Part shown: piece after piece, positions 1 to 10,900 of the stretch
Position numbering within the stretch: position 1 is the first letter of the stretch
How the letters are laid out: each line of letters starts with the position of its first letter
Source: Lepidodermella squamata
Taxonomy: Eukaryota; Animalia; Gastrotricha
Reading direction: 5' to 3'
Length of the DNA stretch: 64,000 nt
Assembly: GCA_047495785.1 (NCBI GenBank)
Contig: JBLDXI010000042.1
Span: 1,240,001-1,304,000 of the forward strand
The notes under the pieces: generated by a model
What the model was told of the DNA's origin: nothing
Database searches by the model: none
Seen by the model: the letters and a program-made list of their open reading frames with translations, nothing else
Program-made: the position numbers and the translations under genes

Positions 1-147
1 CTACCAAGTTGCAGATTTCATGCCTCCAAGTTTTCAACCACATTTTTAAGTCATCGGTTCAAATATTCGCAATCTCATTTCCATATGCACAGAAAAATTA
101 CATATAACAAAATAACAAAAACAATACTAAATTTTAAAGGAAAAAAA

Positions 148-226
148 TGTGTCGCGGCCGGGACTCGAACCCTCCATTAACTGCATTTCACAACGTTACA
201 CCGTAACCACTCGGCCGCACAACACA
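148..226 (-). pseudogene. tRNA-like / Pol III cassette (degenerate cloverleaf)
   Basis: Minus strand: TGTGTTGTGCGGCCGAGTGGTT...GAGGGTTCGAGTCCCGGCCGCGACACA followed by T7. A-box-like and B-box motifs with self-complementary ends; anticodon and T stems pair poorly. Confidence 0.6.
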
Positions 227-610
227 TCTGACTTATGCATTGCAAATCAATATAAAAATATTAGATGAGAAAAAGAAAAATCAAAAAAGTTTCCAGCTTC
301 TTCCGGGAATCGAACGCGTCTTAATCACTATATAGTTCGCTTCGCTTAGGCATTGGTTCGATTACTGCTCTCGTCACGTTTTTGCATTTCATTTTTTTCT
401 TCTTAACATTTCAAATCAGATTAATTCCTGTACAAATTTTTGCAGAATGAGCAATAAAACTCGAACGTTTACCATTCACGTGAATTTTCATGAGTACAAA
501 GTGCATGCCTGTCATATGGCCGACACGCGATTCACCATCAGCTGTTTCGCGGCGCAGCGGCGGCAACAGCAAGCAGACGGTTCGATCCGGTATTCAAGCT
601 TCATTCACAA

Positions 611-1225
611 CGATTTAATTGTCTTGAAAACAAGCTCTATTTCCTTAAACATTAGAATTACTTATGCTGCTAGCTACAATCAATCCATCTTCCGCTCGAA
701 TCGATAACAGTGTGACAATGCTGCTGGCTAAGGTTTGCTAGTATATTATTGCCAGTTCATATCACTTTTCTCACTTTTCCCATGATTACAGCTACTGGAT
801 GAAATGGCTATTTCAAAACTGTTGTCGCCTTTGGTTTTCCATGGTCACTACTTACTACCAGAAAGCGGTGAGTACATTTTTTTCCCCATTGATTTTATTT
901 ACTATAGTGAATTTATTACGATTTATTTCTCTTGAAAACAAGCTCTTATTCCCTGACCACTGAAATTGGTAATGCTGCCCGCGCTCAAATCATTCCATTT
1001 TCCACGATGAATCGTTGACAGCGTTACTTTTCTGCAGTCTCAGGTTTGCTAGTCTATGATTTCGAGTTCATTTCAATATTCCCATTATGATAAAGAAACT
1101 GGATCAAATGGTGATTTCGAAAGTGTTTCCGGCTTCGGTTGTCAACGAGCAATACTTACTCTCAGAAAACAGTGAGTACATTTTTTTCCTCATTAATTTT
1201 ATTTGTAGTAAATTTTATTGATTTT
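611..1225. repeat. Degenerate ~305-bp direct duplication (unit 1 only)
   Basis: CGATTTA.TT.TCTTGAAAACAAGCTCT at 611 and 919; AGGTTTGCTAGT at ~731 and ~1042; CAGAAA...GTGAGTACATTTTTT near 860 and 1163. Units 2-4 have a single copy. Confidence 0.8.
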
Positions 1226-1241
1226 TTTTCATTCATTAACA

Positions 1242-4200
1242 CGTTTTTTCGCTCTGTATTATTTTCTTTCATCGTTATGCTCTCGTTATCGACGTTTTCG
1301 CCATCAACAAAGTCGATTCAAGCAATCCCTGTCATTCAACTGTACTTTAATAAATTTTTTTCAAGAATTTTTTCAAACTTTGAAATTCCAAACGAGGGTC
1401 GTAGGTTGGCGCCCGGCCTCTCGTTTTTTCGCTCTGTATTATTTTCTTTCATCGTTATGCTCTCGTTATCGACGTTTTCGCCATCAACAAAGTCGATTCA
1501 AGCAATCCCTGTCATTCAACTGTACTTTAATAAATATTTTTCAAGAATTTTTTCAAACTTTGAAATTCCAAACGAGGGTCGTAGGTTGGCGCCCGGCCTC
1601 TCGTTTTTTCGCTCTGTATTATTTTCTTTCATCGTTATGCTCTCGTTATCGACGTTTTCGCCATCAACAAAGTCGATTCAAGCAATCCCTGTCATTTAGT
1701 TGTACTTTAATAAATTTTTTTCAAGAATTTTTTCAAACTTTGAAATTCCAAACGAGGGTCGTAGGTTGGTGCCCGGCCTCTCGTTTTTTCGCTCTGTATT
1801 ATTTTCTTTGATCGTTATGCTCTCGTTATCGACGTTTTCGCCATCAACAAAGTCGATTCAAGCAATCCCTGTCACTCAGTTGTACTTTAATAAATTTTTT
1901 TTAAGAATTTTTTCAAACTTTGAAATTCCAAACGAGGGTCGTAGGTTGGCGCCCGGCCTCTCGTTTTTTCGCTCTGTATTATTTTCTTTCATCGTTATGC
2001 TCTCGTTATCGACGTTTTCGCCATCAACAAAGTCGATTCAAGCAATCCCTGTCATTCAGTTGTACTTTAATAAATTTTTTTCAAGAATTTTTTCAAACTT
2101 TGAAATTCCAAACGAGGGTCGTAGGTTGGCGCCCGGCCTCTCGTTTTTTCGCTCTGTATTATTTTCTTTCATCGTTATGCTCTCGTTATCGACGTTTTCG
2201 CCATCAACAAAGTCGATTCAAGCAATCCCTGTCATTCAACTGTACTTTAATAAATTTTTTTCAAGAATTTTTTCAAACTTTGAAATTCCAAACGAGGGTC
2301 GTAGGTTGGTGCCCGGCCTCTCGTTTTTTCGCTCTGTATTATTTTCTTTCATCGTTATGCTCTCGTTATCGACGTTTTCGCCATCAACAAAGTCAATTCA
2401 AGCAATCCCTGTCATTCAGTTGTACTTTAATAAATTTTTTTTAAGAATTTTTTCAAACTTTGAAATTCCAAACGAGGGTCGTAGGTTGGTGCCCGGCCTC
2501 TCGTTTTTTCGCTCTGTATTATTTTCTTTCATCGTTATGCTCTCGTTATCGACGTTTTCGCCATCAACAAAGTCGATTCAAGCAATCCCTGTCATTTAGT
2601 TGTACTTTAATAAATTTTTTTCAAGAATTTTTTCAAACTTTGAAATTCCAAACGAGGGTCGTAGGTTGGTGCCCGGCCTCTCGTTTTTTCGCTCTGTATT
2701 ATTTTCTTTGATCGTTATGCTCTCGTTATCGACGTTTTCGCCATCAACAAAGTCGATTCAAGCAATCCCTGTCATTCAGTTGTACTTTAATAAATTTTTT
2801 TTAAGAATTTTTTCAAACTTTGAAATTCCAAACGAGGGTCGTAGGTTGGCGCCCGGCCTCTCGTTTTTTCGCTCTGTATTATTTTCTTTCATCGTTATGC
2901 TCTCGTTATCGACGTTTTCGCCATCAACAAAGTCGATTCAAGCAATCCCTGTCATTCAACTGTACTTTAATAAATTTTTTTCAAGAATTTTTTCAAACTT
3001 TGAAATTCCAAACGAGGGTCGTAGGTTGGTGCCCGGCCTCTCGTTTTTTCGCTCTGTATTATTTTCTTTCATCGTTATGCTCTCGTTATCGACGTTTTCG
3101 CCATCAACAAAGTCAATTCAAGCAATCCCTGTCATTCAGTTGTACTTTAATAAATTTTTTTTAAGAATTTTTTCAAACTTTGAAATTCCAAACGAGGGTC
3201 GTAGGTTGGTGCCCGGCCTCTCGTTTTTTCGCTCTGTATTATTTTCTTTCATCGTTATGCTCTCGTTATCGACGTTTTCGCCATCAACAAAGTCGATTCA
3301 AGCAATCCCTGTCATTTAGTTGTACTTTAATGAATTTTTTTCAAGAATTTTTTCAAACTTTGAAATTCCAAACGAGGGTCGTAGGTTGGTGCCCGGCCTC
3401 TCGTTTTTTCGCTCTGTATTATTTTCTTTGATCGTTATGCTCTCGTTATCGACGTTTTCGCCATCAACAAAGTCGATTCAAGCAATCCCTGTCATTCAAC
3501 TGTACTTTAATAAATTTTTTTTAAGAATTTTTTCAAACTTTGAAATTCCAAACGAGGGTCGTAGGTTGGCGCCCGGCCTCTCGTTTTTTCGCTCTGTATT
3601 ATTTTCTTTCATCGTTATGCTCTCGTTATCGACGTTTTCGCCATCAACAAAGTCGATTCAAGCAATCCCTGTCATTCAACTGTACTTTAATAAATTTTTT
3701 TCAAGAATTTTTTCAAACTTTGAAATTCCAAACGAGGGTCGTAGGTTGGCGCCCGGCCTCTCGTTTTTTCGCTCTGTATTATTTTCTTTCATCGTTATGC
3801 TCTCGTTATCGACGTTTTCGCCATCAACAAAGTCGATTCAAGCAATCCCTGTCATTCAGTTGTACTTTAATAAATTTTTTTCAAGAATTTTTTCAAACTT
3901 TGAAATTCCAAACGAGGGTCGTAGGTTGGCGCCCGGCCTCTCGTTTTTTCGCTCTGTATTATTTTCTTTCATCGTTATGCTCTCGTTATCGACGTTTTCG
4001 CCATCAACAAAGTCGATTCAAGCAATCCCTGTCATTTAGTTGTACTTTAATAAATTTTTTTTAAGAATTTTTTCAAACTTTGAAATTCCAAACGAGGGTC
4101 GTAGGTTGGTGCCCGGCCTCTCGTTTTTTCGCTCTGTATTATTTTCTTTCATCGTTATGCTCTCGTTATCGACGTTTTCGCCATCAACAAAGTCGATTCA

Positions 4201-4282
4201 AGCAATCCCTGTCATTCAGTTGTACTTTAATAAATTTTTTTCAAGAATTTTTTCAAACTTTGAAATTCCAAACGAAGGTCGT
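1242..4282. repeat. 180-bp tandem satellite, type A, ~17 monomers
   Basis: Exact 180-bp period (AACGAGGGTC at 1391, 1571 ... 4091; final variant at 4271). Confidence 0.98.
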
Positions 4283-4537
4283 TGTTTAAAATTTTGGAAT
4301 ATTGGAATTTTCAATTCTTCATTTGCATTTAGTTGTATTTTCATGTCTTTTCTTATGTTTACCAGCTTGCGAATCGAATGACCGAATGATGCACCTGTGA
4401 AATGGCTGAAACCTGTCAAATCAAATGGCTGAAAACGATTTCAAGACGTGAAATTCATGTGATTTTTGATTTTTCAAACTAGTCCAGCTTTGATTCTTTA
4501 TATTGTAATTATATTGTTCCAAACCCCATTTTCGCCG

Positions 4538-4832
4538 ACCCAGGCAGTAATAGGGTAGAGATGCCGTCTCAATGCTCGGCTATGCAGTTAAATAGCCAAC
4601 CGACGTTGGAATAGTCGGTATAAACTTCCACCGTCCCGGCTCAGACGGCGAAAACGACCACGTCTTGGTGAGACGGTAAAAAAAACTCCGACAAGGCAAG
4701 GTCGGAAAAAAACTTCCAAAATGTCCGCAGGGCTGAGCGACCAGCGCCCTCACTGTGATTCGTCACAAATAACAAGCTGGAAGGGAACCTATGACGATCT
4801 GTCAGGCATCTTCGGATCCGAGGTTTCTCCCC
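4538..4832 (+). ncRNA. Candidate structured RNA (or ssDNA) element upstream of the transposase ATG (unit 1)
   Basis: About 12 nested stems, e.g. TGCCGTCTC/GAGACGGTA enclosing GGCTAT/ATAGCC, ACCGAC/GTCGGT, CCGTC/GACGG and ACCA/TGGT; TCCGAC/GTCGGA; CTTCCA/TGGAAG enclosing AGGGC/GCCCT and TGTGA-TTCG-TCACA; GAACCT/AGGTTT enclosing TGAC/GTCA and ATC-TTCG-GAT. Confidence 0.55.
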
Positions 4833-4983
4833 GATATTTCAATCATTGATGTGCATTTGTAATTTCAATAAAATATTTTTCAAATTTCACAATATATTTT
4901 TTAATTGATAATTCGCATATGATGTTATTATTTATTTTCCTAGTTTTTTTATGATGAGAATTTTATGATTATGAACTGGAATC

Positions 4984-7900
4984 ATGGTGAAACCGCCTAA
5001 TTGGAAGCCAAAATCGAAGGGACCGCGTAAATGTTCCTTTTGCAAACGGAAACGTGTTCAAATCTCAACCCACTGCGGACTAGTCAATTGCCCTAAAGCT
5101 AAAGGGCAACACCATCCCAAGCCATGCATTAAGGTTCAAGCTCCACCTTCTCAGTCCAATTGTAAGTTTTCCTAATCAATCAGTTATATATGTTTCATCT
5201 GTTTTTACACAGCCACGTCGTGTTCGCATGCTGGCGAATCTTTATCGCTAGCTCCATCCTCACTCGCTGTTCAGAATACGTCTGAGCAGTCGTTGATATC
5301 TCAAGGCTTGTTCTTGTTATTCATCCTCAAATTGTATAAATTTGCGATAAAATTTCCCCATAGGTAGCAGCGCTGTTCTGACTGCTTCGGAGCAATTGTT
5401 GGCTTCTCAAGGTCAGTAATCTTTATTTTTCAACTATAACTTGACATGTAGCTGTGCTTTTCCAGCTGTTCCGGCTACCCGGGAAGATCCGCTGCCACCT
5501 TCGGGTTAGTTGTTAGATTGAGATTTCTTTCATGTCTTCAGCGAATACCACTAAGCTCTTTTAAGAATTGAAGAGATGTTAACATATGATTGTTATGTCA
5601 TTCAGTCTTGTCAAATAATATCTTTTCAGGCGCTTCTTTGAACGATCGGCAGGAATCTAACGTTGGAGCGCCTGCAACACGTCAGCCAGTAACTCAGCCA
5701 TCTTGTCCAGTATGCGGCGCAATAGGGAGGAAGTATCTGACCCACTGCGACAATGAGGAATGCCGGATTAGTGGCCGCGGGCATCACGCTAATCCCTGTT
5801 TCCAGTTGGAACGACCCGGGCTCCAGGCCGGTATAAATCTTGAGCAGCAACGTAAGTATTATCCACCTGGTAACAACCTTTCATAAATAATGATTCATTT
5901 AGCTGTGGCGTCCTCTGGAGCTGTTGCTGCTACGTCAGAACGATCGCTGCCATCTATTGGTTAGTTATTTTATTCAATAATGTGCTGCCTGGTGTTAACT
6001 AAAACTGCTGTTTGTTGCAGCTAGTGGTTGTTCTTCTAATGCACCTATTCTATGTGACAACTGCAAAAGACGATCGGTGCCCTTTTTCGACATCGACATT
6101 GCTGCAGTCGAAGAGCCGGTATCTGGACGCAGCTATGGTGCTCTAACAGTGCGGCATGTCTACGAAAATTGTTCTCTGTGCCGTTGTTGTCGTCACTATT
6201 TGCGGAACGGCGATGCTCGTTTTCCCGCCGGATGGCCAGCTCTTGTTTACAGCCTCTTCTTTGAAGCATCAAATAGACATCTAGCTCAGGCCCTCTCGCA
6301 CTGCATCTCGCCGACCATGAAACTCATGTGGAGCGAGGCCGACGGCTCACGAGTTATGCGCGACTCCCAGCCCTGGTTTGTCGACAAGACGCGCGAGCTT
6401 GCTGATTTCATGGCCAATATTTACAGAGACGCCGGTATGCTACCTACCGATATGATTATTCGAATTGAATTGTTTTTCAATGCAGGGGGATTCAGTTACG
6501 CGCTGAACACCTACCCAGTGCCCGACGTGATATGCCCTCAAGGCTGCCTCGCGTTCATGGAGAAGTGCCAGCTTATCCCGTACCACCATTTCATCCAACA
6601 TGTTACTGGCAGCAATTTCTTCGATTCTGACTTGCGCTGGTTCGAGTCAAGGCGACCCGACTGGCCGTGCAACCCAGTGCCTTTCCTCGCTTGGGATTTC
6701 GCTGCTGCAATGGTCATGGACGAGAACAAGGGTCTATGCATTCTTGCCTGCATTGACCACAGCAAGCCTGACTTGTTTTCCATGTACCTGCATTTGCCTG
6801 TGAATCCCGAGTTTGATCGATTTCAAGATCCACAGCAGACCGAAATCTATGCACCCGTGCACGTGCAGCCGAATTTCGTGAGAGGAGGGCGCGTCGGTCA
6901 GTCCAACGCATCAGTGCCAGTGACGAAGACTGTCGGCGATCCGTTTGGGGTTGGTAGTTTTACTCTGCGTGGTGCCCACTCGGCAAACCGCAAGCCTCTC
7001 AGCATCTATGACAGTGCCTTCAAACCCCACCTTCTGGCCTTGCGATACCGCCCAGAGATTCGCAACACAGCAATCAGCAGATTCGGCGAGGAACACGTGG
7101 CTAACGTTCTTGCTGATTTCGATCAGCACTGCCCAACTGCTGTTGTCAGAAGCCACGTCAAGGGTGGCACTTTCATCGAATTAGCTGACTCCTTCTTCAC
7201 CTGGGCTGTTCGCCGTAAAATCGCAACAGGTTAGCAAATTTTCTTTCCGATGTTGGTTACTTTAAATTTAACATTTAAATATTCCTTTAAATTTAACATT
7301 TAAATTAAATTTATGCGGTGTCTCAAATGTTCAGATTTTAGTTTACTTTTTCTTATTTCAGGTACTGATTCGTCGAAAAAAGGGAAAGCGCCTTCAGAAG
7401 GCCTGATCTTCAATCCAGTTCACCCGAATGATGATCATGGCTTAATCCCTTGGGCGTTCAAGTCGAGTCGAGGTGATAACCCCAGTCAGCTCCTCACGCT
7501 TGTCGCCAACGTGGCGTTGTTGTGCAGGCCTGTGTACCGTGCTTCGTTGTCCCACCTGGTGCTTGGCAGTCCCGATTTAGCACGCGTCGACATCGGTGAC
7601 TTGCTCAGTCATACAGTTTCGCTGCCGCGCCCGAAAACCCCTCGTACTCTGAAGCTGTCGCACCTGGCAAGGGACTTCTGGGCACTGACTGAACCCGAAA
7701 GTGATAGCGGATCTGACGATGACGAAGAATCCCCCGATGTCGTTATTCGGGCATTAACCTTGATTGGGAGAATTACTGCGCCGATTAATGATGTCGAGTT
7801 GTCGTTTGGTGGATCTGATCTTTTGACGATCAGGAAGGGGCAAATGATGGATGGCGAAGGAAGGAGTCTCAGAAGTCATGGTGAGTGTTTTATTCATATT

Positions 7901-10900
7901 TTGGCAGTTTTTGTTGCAATATTATACTTGTTTGGTGATATCCAGCATGGTCTTGGGCTCTAAATTTCCAAATTTCCAAGTTTTAATCACAAATTGAGGG
8001 CTACCATGTAAGATTTAATGACGTAAATCTTCAAAAATTGAGTAATTCCCAAATGCTTTTATTCAGAACTTCATAACGCATGTTTATTTCGTCTTTTTGT
8101 TTTACAGTGGGCAGGGTTCTGGTCATGCACGAAGGTCGATCTCAGCTGCTGACCGAATTCCAGTCTTCGCGTGAGCTGCTGCTGTGCCGTCCTGAAGGTG
8201 CCTTGCCGATCAAATGGCCTGCATTGCCTTTGTCGCTGAAAGCTGGGCATCACCTTCTACTTGCCGGCGTCAAGTTTGGCTCGAAATCCTACATCGTTTT
8301 TCGATGGTCACCTAGCTTCAGTGGCTGGTGGACAGTAGAGCCTAGCGGACGAGTGGTTCGTGGTGTCAGCGATCAGCACATGCGCTCTGACGTCCAATTT
8401 GCGATTTACGCTCTGCCTGGCAACCAGACCTTCTGCAATCAGGCCGTGCGTCAATCGCTAGGTGGCCAGAGCAAGGCGGCATGCGAAATGCACTACGACT
8501 CCGTCGAGTTCAACTTCACCCTGATGAAAGTGCCTGCCAAGCATAAGGTGAAGTGTTGCTTGCGATTGCCGGGAAGAGCTAATCAATGCGGCAAACCTGC
8601 TCAGTTGCGTTGTCCTGCTGGCTTGCAGAATGGCAGCATGTCGTGCAGTGTCGGCATCTGCCCGCGGTGCTTCAAAAAGCTTTCAGCGAACAGCATCACC
8701 AAGCTCTCAGCACCCGACTTTCTGCCTGATTTGCCTGAAGATGCTGAACTGCAACTGTCAGCTAGTAGGGTATCCAACTTGGAAGCTGAAGTTGATGAGG
8801 TCTTGCCCCAGCCTGAGCAGCTTGATTTGGCTGCTGATATTCAATTTCCTCGAGGTGATGTAGAGCCGCTCTACGACCCCACCAAGGGGATTCTCGCGAA
8901 GTACCTCTGGCAGCACCTGGGAATTCTGCAGCGAACCAGGCTTGCTTTCGATTCTGCCCAAAAGTCCTTTCTTCTGCAACAAATGGTTGGTTTTGGTGAT
9001 GCGCCGGCAACATCTGTTTTGTTCCCAGAAGGTGCCTTGTTCCCGTCGCTTTTCTATTACCAACGAGATGGTAGTGTTGTTGGTGCTTTGCCTTACCACC
9101 ACTACTCGTCGAACGCATCAGGCTATACTAGTGGAATCGGCTCGCTGTCTGATCATGTTAAAGTGAGACTCCGCAACTTCTTGTTGGCAACAAGCTGGTC
9201 TTTTGCGTCGCTCTACTTTTCCTTTGACATGAAGTTATCGGCGCAGCTGAACAGAAATAGCACGGCAATTTTCATGAAGCGTGGGACAGAAGGCCTGGCG
9301 GGTAAAGGCGCTGTTGGCTGGTCTCCTCCTGGCACTGCTTTGGAATACGAGGAGTTCGACAAGGAGTCGAGACTAAAGGAACTTGGCGCTCTAATCAAGC
9401 ATGAAGAATGGAAGTGGTTCGGGACAATTACCTGCAATGATACAGGTTGGGAAACGTTTTAGTATTAACTAGGTATTAGATCGGTCGTCGCTTCGAACCC
9501 AAGCTCTCGTTCAAGATTTCTCCAATGATTTCTATAATCCATAGGCTTTCTTTCTCGGCGTTGACGTCATCAGCGACATTGATTTAACCTGTCAATGTTG
9601 TTCATTTGTACTCATAGTTGTACCCATTGCAGCATTAGTCAATTTGACATTTTTATTTTCTGAGAAATATAATTTGCTTCCTTTTATTCCCAGGGACACC
9701 GGGCGTATGTGAAATCGTTAAGGCCCTCATGATAAACGCTCAAAGGCACCATGGTCCACGCCCTGTTCTGTCGAAGGCCGACTATCAGCGAACTTTTCGT
9801 CAGCGTCTGCTCCTTGTTTCAAGGCTTGACGAGACCGAGTACAAGCGGCTGTACTACGCCCATTTCATCCTCATCAGCATGGCTTGGCAACGAGTGCAGG
9901 AGCATCTGATCGAGTTCCTGAAGCGCACGAATGTAGTTGGCACGGTCACCACTATTTTCGTCAGGAACGAATTTCAGAGCGAATCACTCGTTGGAAACAA
10001 AAGTCATCTGCATATGGGCATTTCAGTACGCGAAAGCCGGGCAGAACTGATGGAGAAAGTTTGCTGTGATCCTCGTGAATTCTTCTCGGAGCGGTACGGC
10101 ACGTCATTCGACGAGCTTCAGCGCTTGAGGTTGGTCGAGAGCCGGGATCACTTCGAGCTGCTCAAGGAGGTCCATTACCCTTTCCAACGTCACGAATGCG
10201 AGAAAGCGTTTTGGAAATGTCAAGTTCCACGCGGCGAAGGAGGGGAAATGGTTTGCCGAGTTCGCCAGCACGGCGTCTCCAGCAGCGGCTATTTTGAAGA
10301 ATTCCGCAACCTGTACTCCGAGGATACCCTGAAAGAGCTGCAATCCCTAGACCTCGCCAGAGAAGTGCCCAATCCCACTGGCGACTTTGACTGGGAATTT
10401 CTGGCTGATCAGCTCAAGTCGGGCGTGTACCACTACGCGATCAAGCATCTCGAGAAGGGAGTGAAGTTCATTCCGCAAATCCCGATCATCGCGGCAATGA
10501 TGGGCGGCTCCACGAACTTCCAGATTTGCGATTCTCATTTTAGCGTATCTTACCTGACGAGCTACGTTGCCAGCTCCGACGCTCGCCCTGAAGCTTACGC
10601 TGCAACGACAGATGTTCCGGGCCAGGTCGTTGCTTTGTTCCCTGCTGGTTTTGAGCGAGGTCAAAAGCTTGCTAGTGTGCGGTGAGTTTTATCTTTTCAG
10701 CGTTTATCGACCTAAAAAAACTTGCATATTTTTCAGAAAAGTGATGGAGGCAAAGCTGAAACACTTTCGTCGTGAAAGCATGCAAAGCTTCATCTTCATC
10801 GCCTTGACGGAAGTTGCATGGTTCGCGTTGAGTTTTCCCTACACCATCACAAACGTCGGTTTCGTTCACATCAACACGCACCCTCCAGCGTCGCGGCTGA

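Noticed and set aside
148-226. Functional tRNA-His(GTG)
   Set aside because: Anticodon and T stems do not pair properly and the acceptor register is shifted; kept only as tRNA-like.
447-707. 86-aa ORF as a second gene
   Set aside because: The ATG is lost and an in-frame TAA appears in units 2-4; no recognisable domain.
1242-4282. CRISPR array
   Set aside because: Whole monomers repeat with no unique spacers, there are no cas genes, and the context is eukaryotic.
1139-4381. Long repetitive ORFs in the satellite
   Set aside because: A by-product of the 180-bp period being a multiple of 3. They are broken by sporadic stops and not preserved in the type B arrays.
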